Assembly (NCBI GenBank): GCA_044356525.1
Contig: JBIKVZ010000001.1
Span: 330,863 to 394,862 of the forward strand
Length of the DNA: 64,000 nucleotides
Direction: 5' to 3'
Origin: Rickettsiales bacterium
GTDB lineage: Bacteria > Pseudomonadota > Alphaproteobacteria > Rickettsiales > RGZB01
The position numbers and the translations under genes are program-made. Shown piece after piece: positions 1-10,592 of this stretch. Under the pieces are notes generated by a model. That model ran no database searches and was not told the DNA's origin. It saw nothing but the letters and a program-made list of their open reading frames with translations. The number at the start of each line of letters is the position of its first letter. The stretch's first letter is position 1.

Positions 1-17
1 TGTCTGTCTCCTACTGG

Positions 18-953
18 TTATTCATAACGTTTGGATATGTCTTTGAGGTGAGTGATAAAAAATGCGCCCGTCATCGCCACCAGCACGTGCACGGCGAAGA
101 AAATCAGCGACGCGGCCACGCCTTGCTCTGCCGGCAGGCCGAACCACACCGCGCAATAATAAAAGGTCAGTTCCCGCAAGCCCACACCGCCAATCGAGAG
201 TGGTAAAATGGCAATCACATTCGACACCATAAATATCGCAAGATATTCCATTAATTGATGCGGCGGGACAATTGCAACAAACAAAATATAAGCACCGAAC
301 GCTACCATAGACTGGCTTACGGCAGAGAATCGGCTAGCACCAATCATCGTGCGAGGCGCCTCTTTCAAAATAAGCCTCGCGGAAATACCATAGGCCGGTA
401 TCAATAATATTACCAAAGCCGCAAGCGCCGGCCGTGCATAGGGAATGTGGCTTGCCACATCACTCACTGCTGCACACACCAGCGCAATTAGCAGCAGAAA
501 AAATAATCCGTTTGCGCGTTCGCTAAGCGCAAGTTTCAGTGCCCGCAGCGCCGGAATTTTCTTATATTTTTTCAGGAATAACGCCTTGTAGCCATCACCG
601 CTGATGCTGCCCGGCAACACTAAATTTACCATTGCCCCGGTTAGATACATCGGGATACAAAACTGAAGTTTGAGTGGGTGCCCGGCCTGTGAAAAATAAT
701 ACCGCATGCGTGCTGCGCTCACTATCTGCGAAAGAAGCAACGACACAAATGCCACAACAATATAAGGCAGCGGCACCGCGTGAATCTGCTGCCATATCAA
801 CTGTATATCTATACGCGTAAACACCAGCGTCAGTGCCAGCGCCGTAAGGCCCAGCTTAAGCGCAACACCAAACACACGCCTCCAGAGCGGTTTTTTCTTC
901 GTTTCTTCTAGCAGCTCTGCATCAACTGCGTGAGACTTCTTTGCCTGCTTCAT
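18..953 (-). CDS. Polytopic inner-membrane protein, flippase-like / lysyl-PG-synthase transmembrane-region family (UPF0104-like)
   Basis: 311-aa ORF with a K-rich N-terminus followed by multiple hydrophobic helices. Its start overlaps the stop of the upstream GT2 gene by 32 nt, a pairing often seen for this family. Confidence 0.6.
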   Translation of the reverse strand: MKQAKKSHAVDAELLEETKKKPLWRRVFGVALKLGLTALALTLVFTRIDIQLIWQQIHAVPLPYIVVAFVSLLLSQIVSAARMRYYFSQAGHPLKLQFCIPMYLTGAMVNLVLPGSISGDGYKALFLKKYKKIPALRALKLALSERANGLFFLLLIALVCAAVSDVASHIPYARPALAALVILLIPAYGISARLILKEAPRTMIGASRFSAVSQSMVAFGAYILFVAIVPPHQLMEYLAIFMVSNVIAILPLSIGGVGLRELTFYYCAVWFGLPAEQGVAASLIFFAVHVLVAMTGAFFITHLKDISKRYE

Positions 954-1887
954 AGCGCGCTGAAATAATGTAAGGGGTTTTATTTTGTGCGCCGTAATAC
1001 GTACGCATCACCAGCTCTGCCACAAAACCGGCGGTGATAAACTGCACGCCCATGATGATGAGCAAAATACCGACATAAAAGAGCGGCCTGCCGCCAATGT
1101 CGTTACCTAGTAATTTATACACCAGCAGATAAAATTCGATGAGGCCACCAAGAATGAATGAGCCAAGACCGAGATTGCCAAACAAGTGCATCGGCTTTTG
1201 GCGATAGCGCATGAAAAAATACATCAACAACAAATCACTAGCCACCTTGAAGGTGCGGCCAATACCATATTTTGAAACACCGAACTGGCGCGCATGGTGG
1301 CTTACCTTTACCTGCGCAAATTTTGCACCCAGCATCACTGCTAAAATTGGAATAAAGCGGTGCAATTCACCATATAAATCCAGCTGCTTGGCAAGCTCTG
1401 AACGAAAGACTTTGAGCGTGCAGCCATAGTCTTTGATATCGACCTTGGTCAGGCGGCGAATCAGCATGTTGGCAATTTTGCTCGGAATCAGGCGTAAGAA
1501 CAAACCGTCTTTGCGCTTGTTGCGGATGCCAGCCACCATATCGAGATTCTCTTTTTCAAGCTTTTTCAGCATCATGGGCAGATCGGCAGGGTCATTCTGC
1601 AAATCCCCATCTATCGTAGCGATATAATCGCCACGTGCTTCGGCAATACCTGCTGCAATGGCTGATGTTTGGCCAAAATTACGCTTGAAAAACACAGCGC
1701 GCACCGCTGCATCCTTCAGTTTCTTGATGGTGTCCTGCGTGCCGTCACTTGAGCCATCATCCACAAATATCAGCTCATAGGCTATGCCCTTCATGGCAGC
1801 CTTCACGGCCGATGCCATAGGCAGAATATTCGCCTGCTCATTATAGACCGGCACGATAACGGAGAGCTTCGGTGTATTTTTTGGCAT
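922..1887 (-). CDS. Family-2 glycosyltransferase, polyprenyl-phosphate sugar transferase type (DPM1/GtrB/ArnC-like)
   Basis: N-terminal GT-A motifs LSVIVPVYNE, FVDDGSSDGT and DGDLQNDP, plus two C-terminal TM helices. Confidence 0.85.
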   Translation of the reverse strand: MPKNTPKLSVIVPVYNEQANILPMASAVKAAMKGIAYELIFVDDGSSDGTQDTIKKLKDAAVRAVFFKRNFGQTSAIAAGIAEARGDYIATIDGDLQNDPADLPMMLKKLEKENLDMVAGIRNKRKDGLFLRLIPSKIANMLIRRLTKVDIKDYGCTLKVFRSELAKQLDLYGELHRFIPILAVMLGAKFAQVKVSHHARQFGVSKYGIGRTFKVASDLLLMYFFMRYRQKPMHLFGNLGLGSFILGGLIEFYLLVYKLLGNDIGGRPLFYVGILLIIMGVQFITAGFVAELVMRTYYGAQNKTPYIISARYEAGKEVSRS

Positions 1888-1940
1888 GAGGCCTCTGTTT
1901 CATTTTGCTTTTGCATGGCTATACCATTATTTTCACACCA

Positions 1941-4900
1941 ATGACAACGTCCAATCACATTTCAGCCCCCGTCAGCAGTGCGCGCCGCAAGGTGCGCGAG
2001 AAGGCGCTTGCCCTGCAAAGCGCCACGGGTGAGGTGCCGCGATTCATTCACTTAAGAGCACATAGCGCCTTTTCACTCTCCGCAGGCGCGATTCCGGTGA
2101 AAGACCTCATCAAGCTGGCGGTGAAGAACAACATGCCTGCCCTAGCGATTACCGACACACACAATCTGTTCGGCTCGCTGGAATTTTCGCTCGCCTGCAA
2201 AGATGCGGGCATTCAACCCATCGTGGGTGTGGTGCTGGCGGTGGAAGAAGAAACCAGCCGCCCAGGCAAGCCCGAAACAAGCCTACTGCCTGTGCTTGCC
2301 AAAAACGAAATTGGTTATCAGAACCTACTCAAAATCATCAGCCGCTCCTATCTTGAAAGCGGCGAAACCGTGACGCCGATTGTGCGGCTCGATACGCTGG
2401 GTGAGTATTCAGACGGATTAATTGCCTTCACAGGTGGCGCCGATGGTGTGCTCGGCAAATTTCTGCAAGCGGGGCAGCTTGAGGCGGCGCGCGCGCGGCT
2501 GGAAAAGTTACAAGACCTCTTCCCTGACCGGCTTTACATCGAGCTCATGCGCCACGGCCTGCCGGAAGAAAAAGCCACCGAGCTGCATTTTATCGACCTC
2601 GCTTATGAATATGACATTCCGCTCGTTGCCACGAACGATGTGTATTTCGCCACGCCAGACATGCACGAAGCACATGATGCGCTCATCTGCATCGCCGAAG
2701 GCCGCTATGTGAGCGAAGAAAATCGCAAACGCTTCACGCGTGAACATTATTTTAAATCGCCGATGGAGATGGCAGCATTGTTTGCGGATATTCCCGAAGC
2801 CCTGCTGAACACGGAAGTAATCGCTAAACGCTGCGCGGTGATGAGCGAGGCGAGGCAGCCGATTTTACCAAATTTCCCCACCAGCGCAGGCCGCACGCAG
2901 GAAGAAGAACTCGCCTTCGTGGCGCATGAGGGCCTCAAAAAACGCCTCGCAGAAGAGGTCCTGCCGCTACGTGCAACAGCAGAAGAAAAAACGGCCACTG
3001 AAAAAGAATATATCGAGCGGCTCGACTTCGAGCTTTCGGTTATCAACCGTATGAAATACGCGGGCTACTTCCTCATCGTTTCCGACTTTATCCGCTGGGC
3101 AAAATCCTCTGGTATTCCGGTGGGGCCGGGGCGCGGTTCGGGTGCAGGCTCGGTGGTAGCATGGTCCACACAAATCACCAACCTCGACCCCATCCGTTTC
3201 GGGCTGCTGTTTGAACGCTTCTTAAACCCCGAACGTGTGTCGATGCCAGACTTTGATATCGACTTCTGTCAGGAGCGGCGCGACGAAGTGATTCGCTACG
3301 TGCAGGAAAAATATGGGCGCGAAAACGTGGCGCAGATTATCACCTTCGGCAAACTCCAAGCCCGCGCTGTGCTGCGCGACGTCGGCCGCGTCATGCAATT
3401 GCCTTACAGTCAGGTGGACCGCATCTGCAAGCTGATTCCATTCAACCCCGCGAATCCTATTACGCTGAAAGAAGCCATTGGTCTCGACAAAGAATTGCAG
3501 CGCGAGCGCGATAAAGATGAAAGCATCCGCAAGCTGCTCGATATGGGCCTCAGGCTCGAAGGCCTTTACCGCCACGCCTCCACCCACGCCGCCGGTGTGG
3601 TGATTGCCGACAGGCCACTCGACCAACTGATTCCGCTCTATTACGACCCGCGCACCTCGATGCCTGTTACGCAGTATGCGATGAAGCAAGCAGAACAGGC
3701 CGGTCTCGTGAAGTTCGACTTTCTGGGTCTTAAAACTCTTACACTGATTGACCGCGCCTGCCGCCTGATTCGCGAAGCGGGAACCGACATCGACATCGAG
3801 CGCATCCCGTTTGATGATAAAGCCACGTTTGAAATGCTCGCACGCGGCGATGCCACCGGCGTGTTCCAGATGGAATCGGCAGGCATGCGTGATGCCTTGC
3901 GCAAAATGCGACCTGACACCATTGAAGACATCATCGCACTTATCTCGCTCTATCGCCCCGGCCCGATGGAAAATATTCCCATGTATGTGGCGCGCAAACA
4001 CGGGCGCGAAAAAGTGGACTACATGCACCCGAAACTGGAAGCGGTGCTGAAAGAAACTTTCGGCGTCATCATTTACCAAGAACAGGTGATGCAGATTGCG
4101 CAGATTCTGTCCGGCTACACGCTGGGTGGTGCAGACTTGCTGCGGCGCGCGATGGGTAAAAAAATCAAAGAGGAAATGGAAGCACAGCGCGACCAGTTCG
4201 TAAAAGGCGCAGTGGCGCAAGGCGTGAATGAAAAACAAGCCACGCATATTTTCGACCTTGTGGATAAATTCGCTGGTTACGGTTTCAATAAATCGCATGC
4301 TGCCGCCTATGCTGTAATCGGGTATCAAACCGCTTACCTCAAAGCGAATTATCCGGTGGAATTCTACACCGCCTCAATGAATATCGACATTGGCGACACC
4401 GACAAAATCAACCTCTTCCGCCGCGAAGCGATGAAGGCCGGCATCACTATTTTGCCGCCCGATATCAACCGCTCCGGCGCTGAATTTATCACCGAAAAAT
4501 TAAATCCGCCGCCGCCAACAGGCAGAAAACGCGCCATCCGTTATGCGCTGGGCGCGCTCAAAGGCGTGGGGCTTGCTGCCATGCAGGTCGTAGAAAAAGA
4601 ACGCCGCGCACAGGGTGATTTCAAAAATGTGTTTGAAGTGGCGGAGCGTTGCGACAGTCGCGCACTCTCCAAACGCCAGTTAGAAAGCATGGCAAAAGCC
4701 GGTGTGTTTGACAGCCTCAACCCAAACCGCAAACAAATGTTTGAAGCCGCGACACTGCTTTCGCGTTACGGCAGTGCGGTGCAGGAAGAAAAAGACAGCC
4801 AGCAGGTCAATTTATTTGGCGGCAGCAGCGCCGCGCCAGTTAATCACCCCGCTTTGCCTGAAATAGCAGACTGGAATGGTGAAGAGCGCCCTGCACAAGA

Positions 4901-5498
4901 ATTTGACGCTATGGGTTTTTACCTCACCGCGCACCCGTTGGAAGACTATCAGGAAACCCTCGAGCGCCTCGGTTTTTATAATATTCTGGGCCTCGAAGAA
5001 AAAATCACCGGCGCCGGCAATGAAATCAAGCTGGCGGGCATGCCAACAGCGATTAGCTACCGCCTTTCTGGTGGACGCAAATTTGCTTACCTCCAGCTTT
5101 CTGACCCCAGCGGCGTGATTGAAATCGCGATCTTCGATGAAGAAATGCTCACCGAAAAGCGCGAGGTGCTCGAAGGCAAAAAACCCCTCATCGTTACCGT
5201 CGATGCGAAAAAAGATGAAGGCGGCCTCAGGCTCTTTGCCCGCCATGTCGGCTTACTCGATACGTATCTGGATGAACGCCCACAACATCTGGTCCTGCAG
5301 CTTAGCAGCACAAAAGGCCTGCCCGCATTGCGGCAAACGCTGGCAAGCTGTGGCAAGGGACGTGTCCGCGTGGCACTGCAGGTGGATGCGGGCGGTATGC
5401 TGGTCACCATTCAGCTGCCCGAGCATTATGCTATCCCGCGCGCAACCCTGTCAGAAATCAAAAGCACCGCAGGTGTGGCGAAACTGCTATCCGCCTGA
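1941..5498 (+). CDS. dnaE: DNA polymerase III alpha subunit
   Basis: PHP-domain N-terminus (HLRAHSAFSLSAGA), catalytic PDFDIDF, GLVKFDFLGLKTL, NKSHAAAYA, and an OB-fold C-terminus. The ORF opens at TTG 1905, but the first ATG at 1941 (MTTSNH) is the more likely start. Confidence 0.97.
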   Translation: MTTSNHISAPVSSARRKVREKALALQSATGEVPRFIHLRAHSAFSLSAGAIPVKDLIKLAVKNNMPALAITDTHNLFGSLEFSLACKDAGIQPIVGVVLAVEEETSRPGKPETSLLPVLAKNEIGYQNLLKIISRSYLESGETVTPIVRLDTLGEYSDGLIAFTGGADGVLGKFLQAGQLEAARARLEKLQDLFPDRLYIELMRHGLPEEKATELHFIDLAYEYDIPLVATNDVYFATPDMHEAHDALICIAEGRYVSEENRKRFTREHYFKSPMEMAALFADIPEALLNTEVIAKRCAVMSEARQPILPNFPTSAGRTQEEELAFVAHEGLKKRLAEEVLPLRATAEEKTATEKEYIERLDFELSVINRMKYAGYFLIVSDFIRWAKSSGIPVGPGRGSGAGSVVAWSTQITNLDPIRFGLLFERFLNPERVSMPDFDIDFCQERRDEVIRYVQEKYGRENVAQIITFGKLQARAVLRDVGRVMQLPYSQVDRICKLIPFNPANPITLKEAIGLDKELQRERDKDESIRKLLDMGLRLEGLYRHASTHAAGVVIADRPLDQLIPLYYDPRTSMPVTQYAMKQAEQAGLVKFDFLGLKTLTLIDRACRLIREAGTDIDIERIPFDDKATFEMLARGDATGVFQMESAGMRDALRKMRPDTIEDIIALISLYRPGPMENIPMYVARKHGREKVDYMHPKLEAVLKETFGVIIYQEQVMQIAQILSGYTLGGADLLRRAMGKKIKEEMEAQRDQFVKGAVAQGVNEKQATHIFDLVDKFAGYGFNKSHAAAYAVIGYQTAYLKANYPVEFYTASMNIDIGDTDKINLFRREAMKAGITILPPDINRSGAEFITEKLNPPPPTGRKRAIRYALGALKGVGLAAMQVVEKERRAQGDFKNVFEVAERCDSRALSKRQLESMAKAGVFDSLNPNRKQMFEAATLLSRYGSAVQEEKDSQQVNLFGGSSAAPVNHPALPEIADWNGEERPAQEFDAMGFYLTAHPLEDYQETLERLGFYNILGLEEKITGAGNEIKLAGMPTAISYRLSGGRKFAYLQLSDPSGVIEIAIFDEEMLTEKREVLEGKKPLIVTVDAKKDEGGLRLFARHVGLLDTYLDERPQHLVLQLSSTKGLPALRQTLASCGKGRVRVALQVDAGGMLVTIQLPEHYAIPRATLSEIKSTAGVAKLLSA

Positions 5499-5603
5499 TT
5501 TTTTATCTCTTTATGGGTGTGCCTTGTATGAAAGGGCTACACTTGTGCCGGAAAATAGGATATAAATAGCTTGGGCTAACCTGTTCAAAATACGGGCAAA
5601 GAC

Positions 5604-7979
5604 TTGGCATTATCGCGGCTTAAGGCAGTGGTGTTTTCTCTTCTGGCAAGCGTCAGCGCGCTGGCGCAGGGTGCCCTTGTCGACGGCGCGGGCGCACAGC
5701 AGGCAGGCCCAAAGCCCACGGTTTCAGACGCGATTGAAAGCAACATCCCGGGATTTGACTACGTTGAAAAAGTAGCCAAGTTTGGTGAGGATGCGGCCAA
5801 AGATGCCGTACCAGCAGCAAAAAGTGCTGCTACTTCGGCGCAGGCGGCGGCTGATTCTATTGTCGCGGGCACACCCCCTTCGCTCCCTTCTGTTGGAACA
5901 CCAAATTTACCAAGCGTGCCTAGCGCCCTTGTGCCGCCTGAAGAAAAGACCAATATCACCGTACCGGCGCTGCCTACGCCAACTCTTACGGCACCCACAC
6001 TGAACCTTCCGGCCATACCACTCCCCGGTTCCACTGGCAGCCAGCCGGCACCCGCCGCTGCAACTGGCACCACACCTGGCGTGCCGGAAAAAAAAGCCAT
6101 TACCATACCAGACCCTAACGCACCTAAACCGGCTGAGGTTCCAGCGCAATCTGAAACAAAGCCCGCGGAAGAAAAAAGCAAAGAGAATCTGGACAGCATT
6201 CTAAAAGAAATGAAGATTCTGAAAGAAAGTCGCGGTGAAGCCAAAGAAGAAAAGGCATCTGTACCCCTGCCCGAAGAGTATAAAAAAATGATGGGAACGG
6301 ATAAGGAGCCAGAGGAAGAAAACCCTGATGATAAATTCAAAACACAGTATCTGCCTGATATCATCTACCGCAAAGATTACGAACGTACGAACGCTCACCT
6401 GCCGCTTTCTCTGGATGCGGGTGACCTAGAGCGCGGCATCTTTGAAACAGCCGAACAGGGAAATATAAACGGCCTCCGTGCTGTGCTCGACACTGGCCTT
6501 ATCAGTCCTGATGTGCGCAACACTTATGGCAACACTCCGCTCATGAGCGCAGCACTGCACGGCAAGGTTGATACAGCCCGTCTGCTACTGGCACGTGAAG
6601 CAAACCCGAACCTGCAAAATAACCTTGGGCTCACAGCCCTACATATCGCTGCGCAAAAAGGCCGCACCGACGTGGTGAAGGCGCTGCTTGCCATGAAGGC
6701 AGACCCTAACCTTAAAGATAGTTACGCCAACACGCCGCTGATGTTCGCTGCCGCAGGCAAGCATTTTGCAACTGCGCAAGCCCTGCTGGATGGCGGTGCC
6801 GTTCGTGAAGCACGCTTCCTGTCAGAACTCGTGCAAAATCCGTCGCAGATGAAGGCTGTAAAACAAGGCAAGCCGCCGGGCGATCCGGCTGCCATGGGTG
6901 AACCAATTGCCGAAGCCAACACCACGCCCGATGGGCTGGTGGTCAACAAGCCTTACTCGCCACCTGAACCGGAAGCCCCAGTAAAGCCTGAGGCACTCAC
7001 GGCTGAAAGCGCAACCTTGCCGCCCAGCGCACTTCAAGAAGAAGGTGTCGTGAAAGATTTATATGGTGTACCTGTTACATCAAAGCCTGCGAGCATCGGC
7101 AAGGATAAAGCCGATGAAGAAGCCCAGAAGGCCGCCGCTGCAGCGGCACGTGAGGCCGCAAAAAAAGCGGCTGAGGCACCGGTGCCCGGCGCAAGCTTAA
7201 CGGTCCCCGGGCAGGCCGCACCAGTCACCATCGCTCCAGCCACGCCAAGCCTAACTCCGCCCGCTGCCGCGCCTGTTATGCCAAGCCTCACGCCAGAGGC
7301 CGCCAGCCCTGCCTTGCCGTCACTTTCGGCGCCGGCTGCTACGCCTGAAAAAACACCGGAAGCCGCAAAAGTCACTGCGCCCGGAACTGGGCCAGCATCC
7401 GCCGCCCCCATAGACTCTGCCCCCGTACCTTCTGTTGGTGTACCGGATGAAGAGCCTGCCGCGCCGATTCCGGCGCTGCCTGTGAAAACGCCTGCAGCAG
7501 CGGTTACGCCGCCCTTATCTTCTTCTGCACCCGCTACAGGCTTGCCCGCACTGACGCCATCAAAGCCGGTTGAAGCCATTAAGCCTATCGCACCGATTAC
7601 TGAAACCAAACCTGCTGCCATTGAGGTGCCTACGGCAAGCAAGCCTGTAGCAAAACCGCCGTCTGACCTCAGTATGCCGGAAATGCCTTCGTTCGACAGT
7701 TTTGTAACGCCAGAGGAAAAGCCCACGCCACCAAAAACACCGGCCACCACCGCAGCAGATGCTTCCGCTCCTGCTAGCGGCACTGAGCTTGGCGTGCCAA
7801 CGGGCGACGCGAAGAAGGTTGTTGTGCCCGCTCTAACACCGAAAGAGCCTACAAAGGAAGAATCCAAAGACCCCGCCATGGATGCGGTGGGTCAGCTGTT
7901 TAAAGACGCCTCTGGTGACGCCAAGAAAAAAGATCAGATTCCAGCAGTAGGCCCACAAATCCCTACAGAATTAGAATAG
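5604..7979 (+). CDS. Secreted/periplasmic ankyrin-repeat protein with long Pro/Ala-rich low-complexity arms
   Basis: 791-aa ORF with a TTG start. Sec-type signal peptide (MALSRLKAVVFSLLASVSALAQG). Central ANK repeats (GNTPLMSAALHGKVDTARLLLAREANPNLQNNLGLTALHIAAQKGRTDVVKALLAMKADPNLKD). The flanking regions are rich in P/A/T/E/K. Confidence 0.85.
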   Translation: MALSRLKAVVFSLLASVSALAQGALVDGAGAQQAGPKPTVSDAIESNIPGFDYVEKVAKFGEDAAKDAVPAAKSAATSAQAAADSIVAGTPPSLPSVGTPNLPSVPSALVPPEEKTNITVPALPTPTLTAPTLNLPAIPLPGSTGSQPAPAAATGTTPGVPEKKAITIPDPNAPKPAEVPAQSETKPAEEKSKENLDSILKEMKILKESRGEAKEEKASVPLPEEYKKMMGTDKEPEEENPDDKFKTQYLPDIIYRKDYERTNAHLPLSLDAGDLERGIFETAEQGNINGLRAVLDTGLISPDVRNTYGNTPLMSAALHGKVDTARLLLAREANPNLQNNLGLTALHIAAQKGRTDVVKALLAMKADPNLKDSYANTPLMFAAAGKHFATAQALLDGGAVREARFLSELVQNPSQMKAVKQGKPPGDPAAMGEPIAEANTTPDGLVVNKPYSPPEPEAPVKPEALTAESATLPPSALQEEGVVKDLYGVPVTSKPASIGKDKADEEAQKAAAAAAREAAKKAAEAPVPGASLTVPGQAAPVTIAPATPSLTPPAAAPVMPSLTPEAASPALPSLSAPAATPEKTPEAAKVTAPGTGPASAAPIDSAPVPSVGVPDEEPAAPIPALPVKTPAAAVTPPLSSSAPATGLPALTPSKPVEAIKPIAPITETKPAAIEVPTASKPVAKPPSDLSMPEMPSFDSFVTPEEKPTPPKTPATTAADASAPASGTELGVPTGDAKKVVVPALTPKEPTKEESKDPAMDAVGQLFKDASGDAKKKDQIPAVGPQIPTELE
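6421..6810 (+). repeat. Block of about 4 ankyrin repeats (protein level) inside the 5604-7979 CDS
   Basis: Repeated TPLxxAAxxGxxxxxxxLLxxxAxxN pattern, read directly from the translation. Confidence 0.8.
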
Positions 7980-8080
7980 GCTTCCCACACGCTTTTTTGC
8001 TTGGCAGTGCCGCCCTAAACCGCTAAAAATAACCCATCCGCATTGACCCTCAACGACAAGTCCGCCACTCGAAGGATACG

Positions 8081-9805
8081 GTGATGAAAAAGCCTTTTGA
8101 TAAGTCCAAACTCCCCAGCCGTCACGTAACGGAAGGCCCAGAACGTGCGCCGCACCGCTCCTATTACTATGCGATGGGCATGACCGAAACGCAGATTCAT
8201 CAGCCGCTTGTGGGTGTCGTCACGACGTGGAACGAAGCGGCACCGTGCAACATTTCACTCGCCCGTCAGGCGCAAGTGGTTAAAAAAGGCGTGAGCGCCG
8301 CAGGTGGCACGCCGCGTGAATTCACCACCATCACCGTGACAGACGGTATCGCGATGGGGCATCAGGGCATGAAGTCATCCCTCGTGTCACGCGATGTGAT
8401 TGCTGACTCTGTTGAGCTTACCGTACGCGGCCATTGCTACGACGCGCTGGTCGGCCTTGCCGGATGCGATAAATCACTCCCCGGCCTGATGATGGCCATG
8501 GTACGCCTGAATATTCCATCTGTGTTTATCTATGGCGGCTCCATTTTACCCGGCCACTATAAAGGCAAAGACATCACCGTGCAGGACATGTTCGAGGCCG
8601 TCGGGCTTCACAGCACGGGCAAGCTCAGCGACGAAGAACTCCACGCCATGGAAGAAGTCGCTTGCCCATCCTCTGGTTCTTGTGGCGGCCAGTTCACAGC
8701 CAACACCATGGCCTGCGTATCTGAAGCGATTGGCTTAGCGCTCCCCGGTTCTGCGGGTGCCCCTGCGCCTTACGACACACGCGACCAGTTCGGCTTTGAT
8801 TCCGGCCTGCAGGTAATGGAGCTCTTAAAAAAGAAAATACGCCCGCGTGATATCGTTACAAAAAAATCGCTGGAAAATGCTGCCGCTGTTGTGGCCGCCA
8901 CAGGTGGTTCAACCAACGCCGCGCTGCATCTGCCTGCCATAGCGCACGAAGCGGGCATTAAGTTCAGCCTCGAAGATGTCGGCAGAATCTTCCACAAAAC
9001 CCCTTATATCGCCGACCTAAAACCAGGCGGCAAATATGTGGCAAAAGACCTGTATGAGGTCGGCGGCGTACAAGTTATTATGAAGGCGTTGCTGGATGGT
9101 GGCTTCCTGCACGGCGATGCTATTACCGTTAATGGAAAAACAATCGCTGAGAATTTGAAGGGCGTGAAGTTCCCAAAAAATCAGGACGTCGTGCGCCTCA
9201 CATCTGACCCCATCACCGCCACGGGCGGCGTGGTCACGCTAAAAGGCAATCTGGCACCAGAAGGCTGCATCGTGAAAGTGGCGGGCATGAAGAATCTGAA
9301 ATTCTCTGGCCCAGCGCGTTGTTTTGACCGCGAGGAAGATGCATTTGCTGCAGTCGATAAACGTAAATACAAAGAAGGTGAAGTGCTCGTCATCCGCTAT
9401 GAAGGTCCCAAAGGCGGCCCCGGCATGCGCGAAATGCTGGCCACCACCGCCGCCCTCTATGGGCAAGGCAAAGGCGACAGCGTTGCCCTTATCACCGACG
9501 GGCGCTTTTCCGGTGCCACACGCGGATTTTGCGTGGGTCACGTGGGGCCTGAGGCCGCGGCAGGCGGTCCTATCGCCCTCATTAAAGATGGCGATATCAT
9601 CACGCTGGATGCCATCAAAGGCACCATCAGTGTAAACCTCACTGAAAAAGAACTCGCTGAGCGCAAGAAAAAATGGAAGCCGCGTGCGACGGATTATCAG
9701 TCTGGCTCACTGTGGAAATATGCACAAGTGGTGGGCCCCGCCAAAGACGGTGCCGTTACCCACCCAGGTGGCGCAAAAGAAACCCATAGCTATGCGGATA
9801 TTTAA
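8081..9805 (+). CDS. ilvD: Dihydroxy-acid dehydratase
   Basis: 574-aa ORF with IlvD/Edd family motifs: [30 protein letters not shown]. Confidence 0.97.
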   Translation: MMKKPFDKSKLPSRHVTEGPERAPHRSYYYAMGMTETQIHQPLVGVVTTWNEAAPCNISLARQAQVVKKGVSAAGGTPREFTTITVTDGIAMGHQGMKSSLVSRDVIADSVELTVRGHCYDALVGLAGCDKSLPGLMMAMVRLNIPSVFIYGGSILPGHYKGKDITVQDMFEAVGLHSTGKLSDEELHAMEEVACPSSGSCGGQFTANTMACVSEAIGLALPGSAGAPAPYDTRDQFGFDSGLQVMELLKKKIRPRDIVTKKSLENAAAVVAATGGSTNAALHLPAIAHEAGIKFSLEDVGRIFHKTPYIADLKPGGKYVAKDLYEVGGVQVIMKALLDGGFLHGDAITVNGKTIAENLKGVKFPKNQDVVRLTSDPITATGGVVTLKGNLAPEGCIVKVAGMKNLKFSGPARCFDREEDAFAAVDKRKYKEGEVLVIRYEGPKGGPGMREMLATTAALYGQGKGDSVALITDGRFSGATRGFCVGHVGPEAAAGGPIALIKDGDIITLDAIKGTISVNLTEKELAERKKKWKPRATDYQSGSLWKYAQVVGPAKDGAVTHPGGAKETHSYADI

Positions 9806-10467
9806 TGCAAGACTATCTTAAAACCATCGTTGCGGCGCTCTCTTTGCTCACGTTAATTGGCGCCTTATATCTCGGCTATGCGTACTGGCGTGACCGCACG
9901 GCTGTTTCTTCAGACCCGAATCTGGTGGAACTGGAGCGCTACGAAAAAGCAAAAGATTATCCCGGGCTGGCCAATGCACTTTTCCGCAAGCGTGAGGGCA
10001 CTGCGTTTAGCGAAGCCGTGCTGCCGTGGCTGGCAAAGCGTGAAGACTTAGGTTTCGCTCCGTACCTCTACGCGCAGGCGCTACATCTGAATGTGGTGCA
10101 AAAACCAGAAGAGGGCATCCGTTATTATTTCCGTGCCGGTCTTATTGCCCGCGTAGACCTTCTACGCTGTCTTGATGCCAGCGCAGAAACACTCATCATG
10201 CAGATGGAAGAATTATTCCCCGATGCGCTGGATTACCTCGATGAAAACCCAGGCACCCGCGTGGCGGCGGGCACGTTGGCGCTACTGAAAGAAGAGCAAG
10301 CCGTGCACCGCCCCAAGCCGGAATGGCTTTGCACGTATGGTGAAAAAAAGTTAAGCAAATATGCTGCATTCACTGAAGATGCGGCCTGGCAAGAAAAGCG
10401 CCTGCTGGCACTAGAAAACTTCCGTGTATTAATTTCAGAACGCCCTCAATACCCAGAAGGGCAATAA
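9805..10467 (+). CDS. Hypothetical membrane-anchored protein
   Basis: 220-aa ORF with one N-terminal TM helix (IVAALSLLTLIGALYLGYAYW). Its ATG overlaps the ilvD stop (TAATG). No recognisable domain. Confidence 0.6.
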   Translation: MQDYLKTIVAALSLLTLIGALYLGYAYWRDRTAVSSDPNLVELERYEKAKDYPGLANALFRKREGTAFSEAVLPWLAKREDLGFAPYLYAQALHLNVVQKPEEGIRYYFRAGLIARVDLLRCLDASAETLIMQMEELFPDALDYLDENPGTRVAAGTLALLKEEQAVHRPKPEWLCTYGEKKLSKYAAFTEDAAWQEKRLLALENFRVLISERPQYPEGQ

Positions 10468-10489
10468 CGTAACCGCTAGCCTTTGGGTG

Positions 10490-10517
10490 GCAGGTCTTCG
10501 CCCTGCTTCTCATTTTG
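10490..10517 (+). terminator. Weak candidate intrinsic terminator between convergent genes
   Basis: GCAGG-tcttcgc-CCTGC hairpin followed by the T-rich ttctcattttg. The stem is only 5-6 bp. Confidence 0.3.
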
Positions 10518-10592
10518 TATCCCCAAATAAGTACTCGCCAGCGTAAGTGTTGCACTGCGTATATTACCAAGCGCAACAAGTGAGTCGATGAC

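Noticed and set aside
3222-4328. 368-aa minus-strand ORF inside dnaE
   Set aside because: It is a shadow ORF antisense to DNA polymerase III alpha, with a junk-like H/F/R-rich translation.
7034-7879. 281-aa minus-strand ORF, and 5759-6364, opposite the ankyrin/Pro-Ala-rich gene
   Set aside because: It is the antisense of GC-rich Pro/Ala codons and gives a Gly/Ala/Ser-rich open frame. The sense strand has a signal peptide and ANK repeats.
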